Position numbers and translations under genes: made by a program. Below are positions 8,581 through 18,825 of a DNA stretch of 64,000 nucleotides, piece after piece; position 1 is the first letter of the stretch, and the number at the start of each line of letters is the position of its first letter. Location: NCBI GenBank assembly GCA_964501355.1, contig CAZCSM010000002.1:5884-69883 (forward strand), in the 5' to 3' direction. The notes under the pieces are model-generated. The model did not search any database and had not been told where the DNA came from. It saw only the letters and a list, made by a program, of their open reading frames with translations. The DNA comes from an uncultured Candidatus Saccharibacteria bacterium (GTDB taxonomy: Bacteria; Patescibacteriota; Dojkabacteria; CAZCSM01).

Positions 8581-9591
8581 ATGAAAATATTAGTAACCGG
8601 AGGCGCAGGATATATCGGTTCGCATGCAGTTCTTGCACTTTTAGAAAAGGATTTTGATGTCGTTGTGTTCGACAGCTTGGAGAATGGACACAAGGAATCA
8701 TTGGATCGGATTGAAACGTACACGAAAAAGAAGGTCGATTTTGTAAAGGGTGATTTACGTAATGCTGACGACGTCGAAAAACTATTAAAAATTCACCATG
8801 ATATTGATGCGGTTTTACATTTCGCTGCGTTTATCGAGGTTGGTGAATCTGTGAAAGACCCCGGGAAATATTATAGGAATATTGTCTGCGGAAGTCTCAA
8901 CCTAATTAATGCTCTCATTAATCATAATATTAACAAGATTGTTTTCTCTTCCACCGCTGCTGTTTATGGCATGCCTAAACGGATTCCGATTTCCGAAGAA
9001 GATGAGAAATCACCTATAAATCCATATGGAACAGCTAAATTAACAGTTGAGAGAATGCTCGATGACTTCCACAAGTCACATGGACTAAACTCTATTCGAC
9101 TACGATATTTCAATGCTTGTGGAGCATCTCGGACTGTAAATATTGGAGAGGATCATCATCCGGAATCTCATGTAATTCCTTTGCTAATGCAATGTGCACT
9201 CGGTACCAGGGAGAAGTTTTACATTTTTGGAAATGGTTTTGATACTTCCGATGGAACTCAAATTCGAGATTATGTACACGTGGAAGATTTAGTTGATGCA
9301 CACATAAAGGCTTTGGAGCTAATGAATGTTAATTCCATCTGTGATTTCATTAATTTAGGTACGTCGAAAGGCTACAGCGTCCAAGAAGTTATTAATATAG
9401 CAAAAGAGGTTAGCGGAGTGGATTTTACTGTTGAATTGGGAGAATATCGAGAGGGTGATCCCGTTCGGCTTCTTGCTGACAATTCAAAGGCAAAGAAATT
9501 GCTAGATTGGGAGCCGAGAATTGGTTTAAGGGAGATTGTAGAATCGGCATGGAATTGGCATTTAAAAAATCCGAATGGTTACAAATCCTGA
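8581..9591 (+). CDS. galE: UDP-glucose 4-epimerase
   Basis: MKILVTGGAGYIGSH Rossmann start, YGTAK (YxxxK) catalytic motif, 336 aa, GalE-like throughout. Confidence 0.85.
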   Translation: MKILVTGGAGYIGSHAVLALLEKDFDVVVFDSLENGHKESLDRIETYTKKKVDFVKGDLRNADDVEKLLKIHHDIDAVLHFAAFIEVGESVKDPGKYYRNIVCGSLNLINALINHNINKIVFSSTAAVYGMPKRIPISEEDEKSPINPYGTAKLTVERMLDDFHKSHGLNSIRLRYFNACGASRTVNIGEDHHPESHVIPLLMQCALGTREKFYIFGNGFDTSDGTQIRDYVHVEDLVDAHIKALELMNVNSICDFINLGTSKGYSVQEVINIAKEVSGVDFTVELGEYREGDPVRLLADNSKAKKLLDWEPRIGLREIVESAWNWHLKNPNGYKS

Positions 9592-9653
9592 TAATTGTTA
9601 CTTTTATAAATAAATTCCGTTATATTGTTTACAGATAATTTATAAATAAAATC

Positions 9654-11171
9654 ATGAACGAGCCTACAATTATTGAAAAGTTAGAAAAGGAGCCAACTGA
9701 AGTTGTTGAAACTCCTGTTGATGTTAAGAAAGGAAAGACTGGTTTAGGATTATTGGTAATAGTAATTGCACTTGTTATTGTTTTCCCCTTGGCTGTTCTA
9801 GGATATCTTTTTGCAACCGGCCAACTTCATTTGGGTGATGGGACGAATGGGGAAGAGGATGTTGTAGAGGAGGAAGATTCTCAAGAAGAAACGCCATTAA
9901 CTGAATCGGCAAGTCATATGCTCATAGAACAAATGTTAAGCGACTTGGATATTGATGCAGAAGTTACACAAATAGAAATTGATTGGAGAACAGAAGATTC
10001 TGACATTACGATTTCTCTTGATAATGGATATAGCTTTGAAATAAAGGACAAAAAATATGAAAATGTTGAAGCAATAGTTGATTGGTTAACTAAAGAAGGT
10101 TTTTCTGATGATATGTTTAATGTAGCTGATGGACCTCAGGGTGGTAATTGGGGTTATTATAAGAATGATTTAGGATGCATAGTTAGTCATACGGATGTTA
10201 ACTTTATGGGTCCGAATGAAGATGGTACTTTTCCAGAATATGAAGAGAGTCGAACAATAATTGTCTCATGTGGGGAAGGTGTGGAGATTGTTGAAGATGA
10301 AGCTGTATCAGAGGAACTTTCCGGTGAATATATTGGAATTACAACTGATGTTTTAGATGGTTCGGAATATTATCAGTTCCAAAATGTGGATATGGTGAAT
10401 TCTCAATCTACGGTTTATTTGGTAAATAAGGATTCTGTTTCTTCTCTTAATTTGGATTTGGTTGAGGGAACGACATATACGATAACAGGAGAAAAGAACG
10501 AGCTTGAAGGTGGTGCAGCAGCAGGAACTACGTATGTTGAAGTGGTTGATGTGACATCAATTTTAGATGCGGGTGTTGCAGATTCTTATGTACATCAAGA
10601 TTCATCTTTAGTGTCGCGGGAGTATGAAGATATAGAATTTGACGTACCTGAAATTTATGAATTTGCTGACAGAGAAGATGATGCATGGCTGAGTTGTCGT
10701 GGAGGTGAATCTCAAAAGATGTTGCTAAGTGGACCTGCGCAATTACTGGAAGATAATCCTCAAATGAAACTTCCGTCAGATACGGATTCAGATTTCTATG
10801 AGGATTATTTTAAGGCTACGATTTGTTATTTTGACAATGAAGGTGATTTGAGTTTAGAAGATTTTATTAAATCTGAAGATAGATGGTGGAACGGCGTTGA
10901 AGATATCACGGTAGTTGATCCGAATCCCGGGGATAGGATTTACGAGAACAGTGAACCGGTAGATATAAATGGGTTTGAAACAGTTACTTTTGAAGGAATA
11001 TTATATTACGAGGGTTGGACACGGACTTCTTTTGTAAAAGATTTTGATACAGGTCGAATCTATATTTTTGATTTGGATGGAAATGGACCAGTTGGTGTTG
11101 ATAACGGCGTCACAGATACGGCTACAAATGTTTTTGATGAGATGGTGCAATCTATTACTAAGGTCAATTAA
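9654..11171 (+). CDS. hypothetical membrane-anchored acidic protein (single N-terminal TM, large extracytoplasmic domain)
   Basis: 505-aa ORF; TM helix LGLLVIVIALVIVFPLAVLGYLFA near N-terminus; very Asp/Glu rich; followed by terminator. Confidence 0.6.
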   Translation: MNEPTIIEKLEKEPTEVVETPVDVKKGKTGLGLLVIVIALVIVFPLAVLGYLFATGQLHLGDGTNGEEDVVEEEDSQEETPLTESASHMLIEQMLSDLDIDAEVTQIEIDWRTEDSDITISLDNGYSFEIKDKKYENVEAIVDWLTKEGFSDDMFNVADGPQGGNWGYYKNDLGCIVSHTDVNFMGPNEDGTFPEYEESRTIIVSCGEGVEIVEDEAVSEELSGEYIGITTDVLDGSEYYQFQNVDMVNSQSTVYLVNKDSVSSLNLDLVEGTTYTITGEKNELEGGAAAGTTYVEVVDVTSILDAGVADSYVHQDSSLVSREYEDIEFDVPEIYEFADREDDAWLSCRGGESQKMLLSGPAQLLEDNPQMKLPSDTDSDFYEDYFKATICYFDNEGDLSLEDFIKSEDRWWNGVEDITVVDPNPGDRIYENSEPVDINGFETVTFEGILYYEGWTRTSFVKDFDTGRIYIFDLDGNGPVGVDNGVTDTATNVFDEMVQSITKVN

Positions 11172-11207
11172 CTTGTAATGATTATGACTTACCAAAGTTA
11201 ATATAAA

Positions 11208-11244
11208 TACTTCTCTCGCTTGCAGGCGGGGGGAGTATTTTTTC
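11208..11244 (+). terminator. rho-independent terminator after 9654..11171
   Basis: stem tacttctctcgc / gcggggggagta (G-U wobbles) with loop ttgcag followed by TTTTTTC. Confidence 0.55.
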
Positions 11245-11338
11245 AATTATAACTAACTCTCCCTGATTTACCTTCGGTAAATCTTCCCTCTCTTTAACAA
11301 AAGAGAGGGGAAAAAGGAACTAATTTAGCATCATACAA

Positions 11339-12244
11339 ATGGAGATTACAAAAGCAATAATTACAGCAGGTGGCAGAGGGACTCGTTTTCTTCCCGCTGT
11401 AAAAGCATATCAGAAAGAAATGATTCCGGTGATGAATAAACCTCAGTTACAGTGGATTATTGAGGAAGCTGTGGAATCAGGGATTAAACAAATTGCTATT
11501 GTTAATAGAGAAGGTGTCGATACATTTTCTCGATATTGGGCAGATGATGATAAATTGATGAAATTTTTAGAGGAAACAGGAAAATCCTCACTGATGGATT
11601 CCCTTGTTGATCTTAAAAATAAAGTGGAAATTACTATGTTTGAGCAAAAGGAATCCGATCCATATGGAAACGGAACACCTTTTCTTTTAACAAAAGATTG
11701 GACAGATGGAGAACCTATTGCTGCAATGTGGGGCGATGATATTATGGTTCGGATGGATAAAACTAAACCAACTGTTCTTGTTCAAATGATGGAATATTTT
11801 GAAAGGTACAATCCTGCTGCCGTGATGTCTGTTTTCGAAGCTCCAATCGGATCTATCCCTAAGGGTGGTAGATATGAGTATTTTTCAGAAATGGAATCAG
11901 AAATTCCATATCATGCAAAGAGGGTAATCGAAAAGCCTTCAATAGAAGAAGCTCCCTCGCAATTTGAAAATTCATGTAGATTCATTTTGGGGCCGGAAGT
12001 ATTCATAGAGCTAGAGCAGCGAATTAAAGGTATGGGCGGAGAGATTTGGTTAGTAGACTCTGTTAATCGTCTTATGGAAAAGGGACTACTGGTTATTGCT
12101 CATCCGTGGGAAGGGTTCAAAGTGGTTCCCTGTGGAGATCCTATCCATTGGCTGCAAGGGAATCTTTTAGTTGCCCTTTACAGCGGCGAATTTGATAGTG
12201 AAAAGTCTGAATTGATTGAATTCATAAAGAATCTTCACCTGTAG
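11339..12244 (+). CDS. sugar-1-phosphate nucleotidyltransferase, GalU-like (UTP--glucose-1-phosphate uridylyltransferase family)
   Basis: N-terminal KAIITAGGRGTRFLPAVKAYQKEMIPVMNKPQLQWIIEEA closely parallels GalU GxGTRFLPATKxxPKEMLPxxDKP motif. Confidence 0.7.
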   Translation: MEITKAIITAGGRGTRFLPAVKAYQKEMIPVMNKPQLQWIIEEAVESGIKQIAIVNREGVDTFSRYWADDDKLMKFLEETGKSSLMDSLVDLKNKVEITMFEQKESDPYGNGTPFLLTKDWTDGEPIAAMWGDDIMVRMDKTKPTVLVQMMEYFERYNPAAVMSVFEAPIGSIPKGGRYEYFSEMESEIPYHAKRVIEKPSIEEAPSQFENSCRFILGPEVFIELEQRIKGMGGEIWLVDSVNRLMEKGLLVIAHPWEGFKVVPCGDPIHWLQGNLLVALYSGEFDSEKSELIEFIKNLHL

Positions 12245-12281
12245 TAACATGATTTTTTGAGCTTGATGTTGAATTGATTTT

Positions 12282-12524
12282 TTAAATTTCTGCAGATTTA
12301 CCAAGAAGTTGAAGCGCCTCTTCATGTAGAGTTGGATTTAGATGTTGATGAAGTTCATTTAGAAAACTAATTGATTGTTTCCGCAGGAGTATTTGTGCGC
12401 CCGAATCCTCATAATCAACTCCTCCATCTGGCGCTATCACGGATTTCGCAAGTTGCATTGCGAAGTCAACATAACACTGCGCATCAGTGCACTGGCAAAT
12501 TGCTTCAATTATTTCAGACTCCAT
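12282..12524 (-). CDS. small hypothetical protein (80 aa), uncertain
   Basis: ORF only; convergent with galU-like gene; no motif recognised. Confidence 0.25.
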   Translation of the reverse strand: MESEIIEAICQCTDAQCYVDFAMQLAKSVIAPDGGVDYEDSGAQILLRKQSISFLNELHQHLNPTLHEEALQLLGKSAEI

Positions 12525-12700
12525 CCTATTCAGAATTTCACCTAAATGTATTTCTTTAACAATATGTTAACAATATATTATTCCTTGGATACCTTGACAA
12601 GGGTCTTCTTTGTTTTTTCTCGTAGGCAGGAGAAATTTAATTGTTAATCCTTCCATCTTCATTTACAATGTATATATTAAGTTATGGTCTTCCATTGAAT

Positions 12701-13060
12701 ATGAATTCTAAGAAATCCTTAAGTGATACGAAAATAGTCGTTGACGGAAATGGTGTACATGTAGTCGAAGATTCTACGAAAAATAAAATACTACTAATTT
12801 CCATCGTTGTAATAATCTTCGTCGTTAGCATTGGATTGATCGCCTGGGTAGTAATAAAGGAAAACTATTACCGAGAAGAGGAAATTCAGGTCAAAAGATT
12901 TCCTGGCCAAGCTGAAGAATTCGTTGCACAGAACGACAAACAGGAGACTTTATTATTAGTTAAGGATGAAATTGACACAATAGAATCTGATATTGAAGAG
13001 TTTTATTCTTTGCTTAATGATAAAGATGCAAATGAATATGGGGTATTGTTAATTAAATAA
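12701..13060 (+). CDS. small single-pass membrane protein, hypothetical (start placed at internal ATG MNSKKSL)
   Basis: TM helix ILLISIVVIIFVVSIGLIAWVVI then acidic tail; ORF track start at 12641 is a non-ATG codon. Confidence 0.4.
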   Translation: MNSKKSLSDTKIVVDGNGVHVVEDSTKNKILLISIVVIIFVVSIGLIAWVVIKENYYREEEIQVKRFPGQAEEFVAQNDKQETLLLVKDEIDTIESDIEEFYSLLNDKDANEYGVLLIK

Positions 13061-13093
13061 TTTAAGGAATATTCTGTGGAGAATTTGGTCTTA

Positions 13094-13295
13094 TATTACT
13101 TTTGTAGCCTAGAATCCCATTTGTCATACTTCGCCAAGGCTTCGTATGACATTTTCCCTTAACAAGGGAAATCTAGTAACCAAAAGCTCTGGGGGGAATG
13201 AGTGTCCTCCAAGCACGAACTTTTTAGAAATAGCAACCGACATCATTCGCCCCAGACCCCAGGTTTGAACAATCGAATACAGATAACAAGGGGAA
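13094..13295 (+). ncRNA. copy B of repeated structured element family (expanded 5' region)
   Basis: contains gtaaccaaaag, long-range helix ggggggaatgagtg...catcattcgcccc, gaaatagcaaccgac, tail cgaatacagataacaaggggaaaa. Confidence 0.45.
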
Positions 13296-13343
13296 AACAC
13301 CGGGGTATGTGTCAGGAATTGTAACTGTTTAAGATAACTTAAT

Positions 13344-14006
13344 ATGACAATGTCTTTTTGGACGCCGAAAAAGAAATTCAGGGTAGTTTTGTGGATAGTT
13401 CAAATCCTGATAATATTTATTCTCTCCTGGATTATTTCCTCCAATTTTCTCTGGAGTGCTTCGGATGATTACAAGAGCGTTTCAGAAAAATATTTAGAAA
13501 CAAAAGAACAATATTCTCAATCAAACATTGCAGAAGAGAGGGAACAGCTTTTTTCTAATACCCTCGATTATGCCACTGCTTCGATAGATCAGATGCTCAA
13601 TCGTTGTTTGGAACTACAGAACTCGATCGAAAATTTCTCCTGGTTAGCGGACGAAGATCGGGCAACCGTTATTTCCCAGATAGATGAGGAGACTCAATAT
13701 TTAGAAAAACAGAGAAATCAAATTTTAACGGCTGCAGATGAAGATGAAGTTCAGGTGCTTTTCAAGCCCGTCTTTGAGAACTGGAAAAGTTTTAAATCAG
13801 ATCTCAGTTCCGTCTCTCGCGAAATCTTTTATTCGACGCTTTTGAAAAAGTGTGAAGGTTTTTCTGAGTTGGAAGATATGACTATTGTTGACTCAGATTT
13901 AGAACTTCGAAGGTATGCAGATTTTACCACCGCGTGTGAGGATTGGAAGGTAGAAGACGTTGACTTGTCGGATTCTCTACTTGAATGGATCAAGGTAATC
14001 GAGTAA
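13344..14006 (+). CDS. hypothetical protein with N-terminal TM helix
   Basis: 220-aa ORF downstream of element copy B; TM VVLWIVQILIIFILSWIISS; remainder charged/helical. Confidence 0.5.
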   Translation: MTMSFWTPKKKFRVVLWIVQILIIFILSWIISSNFLWSASDDYKSVSEKYLETKEQYSQSNIAEEREQLFSNTLDYATASIDQMLNRCLELQNSIENFSWLADEDRATVISQIDEETQYLEKQRNQILTAADEDEVQVLFKPVFENWKSFKSDLSSVSREIFYSTLLKKCEGFSELEDMTIVDSDLELRRYADFTTACEDWKVEDVDLSDSLLEWIKVIE

Positions 14007-14011
14007 GTATT

Positions 14012-15208
14012 TTAAACTATTCTCGCTCCATCATCCGGTTGGCAAAAATGTACGCTGTAGAGCTCTGATACATCAGGATGTTGTTTAGGATAGAGGTCTT
14101 TAATTCTTTCCACAATTTCCTCCCGATGGTCGGGATCTGTTATTCCAATACAAGAACCTCGGAATCCTGCACCGGAAAACCTTGCTCCGTAGACACCTTG
14201 CGTTTCTTTCAGGATATCAAATACTGTCTTTAAATGTGGACTTCCTGACTCATAATCATTTACGGAACTTTCTCCAGACTCCATAATTAGCTTTCCGAAG
14301 TTTTCAAGATCTCCGGTCTTCCAGGCTGCTACACCATCACGAACTCTTTGTACTTCTGTAAAAAAATGTTTAACTCTTCTGTCAATTGGATCAGGAAGTT
14401 CATCTTTATGAGCAAGCCAAACCTCTCTTGGAACCATTCTTAGTTTAGGTGTTTCCGGAACTTCCATATCCGCAAGCTCCATAAGTCTTCGTGCTCCTTC
14501 TCGACATTCGTAAACTCTGTTATTGTAGTCAGTTCCCGTTAGGGCTTTGCTTAATCCGGAATATACGACAACGACATCATATGGTTTCTTGAATCCACAC
14601 GGAATATTTTCAAATTCTTCGCTCCGACAATCCATGTATGTCAACTGATCCTTTTGACTTAATAAAATAATAGATTGATCAAGAATTCCATTTTTCAAAC
14701 CCAAATATTCATTTTCAATATATCTATCTAAATGAATATTTTCCTTTGCTGAAATATTTAAACCATTGCATTCTTCAATAGCTAATAGGCAGGCAACACC
14801 TGTTGCAGCAGATGAACTAAGTCCTCCAATTGGCATGTTCCCTTCGATTAACGCGTTCATTCCACGTTTCAAATTATGTTTTTGTTCTATTGCGAGGGCC
14901 GCACCCTTAACATAGTTTCCCCATTCCTTTCCGTTCATTGCCGGAATTTTATTTACGGAGAAGTCAACTGTGCCGGGGAAATTTAAACTGTCTATTATTA
15001 CCTTATCATCATCTCTTGGAACAAATGCAAGCAAGATGGATTTATCAATAGTCATTCCGGTTACAAGTCCCAGTTGGTGATCTACATGGGCTCCAAGAGG
15101 TGCAACTCTAAGTGGGGAAATAGCTACCTTTACATCTTTGAGGGAACAACCGACCTGATCTGATAATGATTTTTTTAATTTTTCGATTCTCTCCTCAATT
15201 GTTTCCAT
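14012..15208 (-). CDS. GHMP-family sugar kinase (galactokinase/fucokinase-like sugar-1-kinase)
   Basis: GHMP phosphate-binding motif PIGGLSSSAATGVACLLAI; N-terminal APLGAHVDHQLG resembles galactokinase GEHxDY substrate motif; 398 aa. Confidence 0.65.
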   Translation of the reverse strand: METIEERIEKLKKSLSDQVGCSLKDVKVAISPLRVAPLGAHVDHQLGLVTGMTIDKSILLAFVPRDDDKVIIDSLNFPGTVDFSVNKIPAMNGKEWGNYVKGAALAIEQKHNLKRGMNALIEGNMPIGGLSSSAATGVACLLAIEECNGLNISAKENIHLDRYIENEYLGLKNGILDQSIILLSQKDQLTYMDCRSEEFENIPCGFKKPYDVVVVYSGLSKALTGTDYNNRVYECREGARRLMELADMEVPETPKLRMVPREVWLAHKDELPDPIDRRVKHFFTEVQRVRDGVAAWKTGDLENFGKLIMESGESSVNDYESGSPHLKTVFDILKETQGVYGARFSGAGFRGSCIGITDPDHREEIVERIKDLYPKQHPDVSELYSVHFCQPDDGARIV

Positions 15209-15327
15209 TCTGAATTCTGAAAAATAGGTAAATTGATATTACCAGAATGTTCTATTTCGAACAAATTATGTGACGGTATTTGAGAAAATTCGTTGCATAG
15301 GGTACTTACTTAATTACTCTGCTTTCT

Positions 15328-16416
15328 ATGAAATTTGTTGTAATGGCAGGTGGTCTTGGTACAAAATTATGGCCCATAAGTACGGAAACTGAACCCAAAC
15401 AGTTTCTAAAAATTGTTGGAGAGAAAACCCTTTATCAGATGAATGTTGAAGGCCTACTCGAAAGATACTCTCCAGAAGACATATTTGTGTCCATTACGCC
15501 AGACTATGTTCATTTTATAGAGGAACAAACGCCACAAATTCCAAGAGAGAACTATATTGTAGAACCAATGTTCAGAGGAACGGGGCCAGCCTCCTGCTTT
15601 GCAATGTTAAAGGTTGCAGAACAATATCCAGATGAGGTCATAATGTTTTATGTTCAACCCGTTGTTGTTCGTGATCCTAACGAAAAATATCTGGATATGA
15701 TAGATGGGATGAATCGTCTTGTTGAGGAAACGGATCAATTAATAACGGGAATTAAATTCCCCGAATATATTGAAACAGGGAGTGATTTAATCGAACTTGG
15801 AGAGGAAATAGATAGATCTGACGAATTGAAATATTTCAAAGTAGAATCTTGGGTTGACGTCGTTAATAAGAGAATGTCTTATGAACAGGTCGAGAAGCTT
15901 GTTTCGACAAATAGATATGCTCTTCACTGTAATCATTATATGTGGAAACCGAACCCTTTTTTTAAGGCTGTAAAAGAATATCGATCAGATTGGTATGAAA
16001 TTCTGATGGATATGAAGTCAAAATTAGGAAAAGAAAATGAACAGGAGATTATCACAAAATTATATGCCCAGTTTTCTACTGATAGAATGGAAGTTATCAC
16101 TCAGCCATTATTTAATGCTAAAAAAGCAATGGTTGTCCTCCTTCCTTTTGAATGGACACATATCACAACTTGGGTTGACGTAGAGGAATATTATAAAGCG
16201 CATAATGTTAATTCTTCTATGGCGGATACGGTAGAAATTGATAGTGAGAATAATTTTGTTTTTACAAAAAACAAGAAACTCGTCACTTTGATAGGAATGA
16301 AAGATTTTGTTGTAATAGACAGTGGAAAAGCGTTACTAATTGCTCCCAAAAAAGAAATCAGTAAAGTTAAGGATCTAAATGATAAGGTCAATCAGTGTTA
16401 TAAGGAATATGTATAA
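15328..16416 (+). CDS. sugar-1-phosphate nucleotidyltransferase, ManC-like (mannose-1-phosphate guanylyltransferase family, no cupin domain)
   Basis: MKFVVMAGGLGTKLWPIS...PKQFL matches ManC/CpsB N-terminal signature; divergently paired with GHMP kinase. Confidence 0.6.
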   Translation: MKFVVMAGGLGTKLWPISTETEPKQFLKIVGEKTLYQMNVEGLLERYSPEDIFVSITPDYVHFIEEQTPQIPRENYIVEPMFRGTGPASCFAMLKVAEQYPDEVIMFYVQPVVVRDPNEKYLDMIDGMNRLVEETDQLITGIKFPEYIETGSDLIELGEEIDRSDELKYFKVESWVDVVNKRMSYEQVEKLVSTNRYALHCNHYMWKPNPFFKAVKEYRSDWYEILMDMKSKLGKENEQEIITKLYAQFSTDRMEVITQPLFNAKKAMVVLLPFEWTHITTWVDVEEYYKAHNVNSSMADTVEIDSENNFVFTKNKKLVTLIGMKDFVVIDSGKALLIAPKKEISKVKDLNDKVNQCYKEYV

Positions 16417-16480
16417 CTTCTATATTTGCTAAACTGGCGGAGAAAATATTCGCAAATATTTATTTTATCAAAAAATTTTC

Positions 16481-17494
16481 ATGGCAAAGCGAGCATTAAT
16501 TACAGGATTAACAGGTCAAGATGGTTCATACCTAGCAGAACTCTTACTTGAAAAAGGATATGAGGTCGGAGGAATCGTTCGAAGACTCAGCACCCCGAAT
16601 TATTGGAGAATTGAAGGCTTTTTCGAAAAACTCAAACTTTATGATGGTGATTTAACTGATCAGAATTCTTTGGATTGGGCTGTTCAGGATTTTCAACCTG
16701 ACGAAGTCTATAATCTTGCTGCACAGTCATTTGTAAAAACAAGTTGGCAGCAACCATTGGCTACTGGTGATGTAACGGGAATGGGTGTTGTTCGGATGCT
16801 TGAGGCGTTAAGAAAGTTTTCTCCAAAAGCTAAATTCTATCAGGCTTCTACAAGTGAAATGTTTGGTAATCATGGAGCTGATTGTACACTCAATGAAGAA
16901 TCGGGATTTTATCCGACAAGCCCATACGCCATTGCAAAATTATATGGACATTATTCTGCAATCAATTATCGCGATAGCTACGGAATGTTCACGAGTTGTG
17001 GAATTTTATTCAATCACGAATCACCACGACGAGGCGTTCTGTTCGTAACCAGAAAGATTACTGACGCGGTAGCGCGAATTAAACTAGGACTTGCTGATCA
17101 TATCTCACTAGGATCTCTTGATTCTACAAGAGATTGGGGATATGCAAAGGATTATGTGAAAGCAATGTGGTTGATGCTTCAGCAGGATACGCCCGATGAC
17201 TATGTCGTTGCGACGAACAGATCTATTTCTGTAGGAGAATTCGTGGAAGCCGCTTTCAAGGCAATTGGTGAAGATGATTGGAAGAAATATGTTAGAAAGG
17301 ATCCGAGGTTCTCTCGACCATCAGATTTGAAACATTTGCGAGGAGATTATTCAAAGGCAAAAAAGAAACTTGGTTGGGAGCCGGAAACTTCTCTTGAGGA
17401 GCTTGTCGAGATGATGGTGAAAAAAGATATTGAAAATCTTGAAAACATGCCGGAGTCGGAAAGGCGAATAAATAAGAGTGAGTTTATTATTTAA
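16481..17494 (+). CDS. gmd: GDP-mannose 4,6-dehydratase
   Basis: KRALITGLTGQDGSYLAELLLEKGYEV is the canonical Gmd N-terminus; 337 aa. Confidence 0.85.
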   Translation: MAKRALITGLTGQDGSYLAELLLEKGYEVGGIVRRLSTPNYWRIEGFFEKLKLYDGDLTDQNSLDWAVQDFQPDEVYNLAAQSFVKTSWQQPLATGDVTGMGVVRMLEALRKFSPKAKFYQASTSEMFGNHGADCTLNEESGFYPTSPYAIAKLYGHYSAINYRDSYGMFTSCGILFNHESPRRGVLFVTRKITDAVARIKLGLADHISLGSLDSTRDWGYAKDYVKAMWLMLQQDTPDDYVVATNRSISVGEFVEAAFKAIGEDDWKKYVRKDPRFSRPSDLKHLRGDYSKAKKKLGWEPETSLEELVEMMVKKDIENLENMPESERRINKSEFII

Positions 17495-17566
17495 TTATAT
17501 AAATCACTAGTGTAGCCGTTATTTACGAATTAAGCTTTGTGTTTATGTATGAAGGATTTTAGTTGT

Positions 17567-17726
17567 GTTACTTTTGGAAACAACGCCCACAAGGGGTGCA
17601 CGAAGTAACCAAAATTTTTGAAACAACAGAACGTCAACCAGGCACGACCATAAAACAGATTGCAACCGACATCTGTTGTTTCAAGCTTCAACGGGTAACC
17701 GACCGAATACAGGTAACGAAGGGAAG
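17567..17726 (+). ncRNA. copy C of repeated structured element family
   Basis: 5' hairpin gttactt...aagtaac, helix ttgaaacaacagaacgtc...gacatctgttgtttcaa, cagattgcaaccgac, tail cgaatacaggtaacgaagggaag. Confidence 0.45.
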
Positions 17727-17806
17727 GAGTTAATCTTAAGATGTATGAAGAATGTTTATAGGGTAGAGATAAAATTTATCCTATGATAGTTCACTTAATC
17801 TAAATC

Positions 17807-18694
17807 ATGAAGAAAAGAGTTTTGGTAACTGGTGCGAGCGGATTCGTCGGCCCGTATCTTGTTGCTGAATTAGAAAATTCAGGCTATGAGGTTTTTGGAA
17901 TGGATCGGTCCGCCGGTTCGGATTTTCAAGCGGATTTATTAGATCCGGATTCTTTGGATCAAGTTGTTAGAAAGACGGACCCTGACTATATCTGTCATCT
18001 TGCCGGTTTCAGCTCGGTGAAAGATAGTTTTGACAATCCCGAACTTTGTAAAAAGATTAACGTCGATGGGACGAGGAATTTATTATCTTCCGTCAAAAGG
18101 TTTTGTCCGAATGCTCGAGTGTTAATTATTACCTCAGCCCACGTTTACGGTGAGCCGGAGTACAATCCAATTGATGAACTTCACCCGCTGAATCCAAACA
18201 GCCCATATGCAGAAAGCCGTGTTGAGCAAGAAACGCTGGTATTAGACTCCGGTTTAGATGTCGTAATTTCCCGAAGTTTCAATCATACCGGGCCGGGACA
18301 GCAAAGGGGCTTTGTTTGTCCAGATTTCATCTATGAGGTGAAGGAACTTTTAGCCGGAAAATGCGAAGAAATTAAGGTTGGGAATTTATCTGCTGAACGG
18401 GATATAAGCGATGTGAGAGATGTTGTAAAAGCCTATCGTTTGCTTCTGGAAAAAGGCAAAACAGGTGAAATTTATAATGTTTGTTCAGGACGAGCTGTTT
18501 CAATTCAATCTATATTGGATTCGATTTTAAGTCTGGCTGAACTGGACGCATCCAAAGTCATTGTTGATCCCGAGAAATTTCGACCGGTAGATGTTCCCCT
18601 CATGTATGGCGATAATTCCAAAATTAAGAAATTGGGGTGGGAACCCGAGATTGGAATTGAGGAGACATTGGGAGATATGTGGGAGAAAAAGTAA
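17807..18694 (+). CDS. NAD-dependent epimerase/dehydratase, likely GDP-4-dehydro-6-deoxy-D-mannose reductase (Rmd-like)
   Basis: KRVLVTGASGFVGPYLVAEL Rossmann; ~295 aa short-chain fold; lies just downstream of gmd, as rmd does in GDP-D-rhamnose clusters. Confidence 0.55.
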   Translation: MKKRVLVTGASGFVGPYLVAELENSGYEVFGMDRSAGSDFQADLLDPDSLDQVVRKTDPDYICHLAGFSSVKDSFDNPELCKKINVDGTRNLLSSVKRFCPNARVLIITSAHVYGEPEYNPIDELHPLNPNSPYAESRVEQETLVLDSGLDVVISRSFNHTGPGQQRGFVCPDFIYEVKELLAGKCEEIKVGNLSAERDISDVRDVVKAYRLLLEKGKTGEIYNVCSGRAVSIQSILDSILSLAELDASKVIVDPEKFRPVDVPLMYGDNSKIKKLGWEPEIGIEETLGDMWEKK

Positions 18695-18736
18695 AAAGTA
18701 AAAAGGAAAAAGCAGATAAGCAGGAAAACAGGGATG

Positions 18737-18780
18737 CAGTAATACAGTAATACTGTAATACTGTAATACTGTAATACTGA
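18737..18780. repeat. tandem 8-nt microsatellite (taatactg x ~5)
   Basis: cagtaatacagtaatactgtaatactgtaatactgtaatactga read directly. Confidence 0.8.
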
Positions 18781-18825
18781 TTTATTTTTCATTGAGAATT
18801 GAAAATTGCGGAGAGTTTAGAGAAA

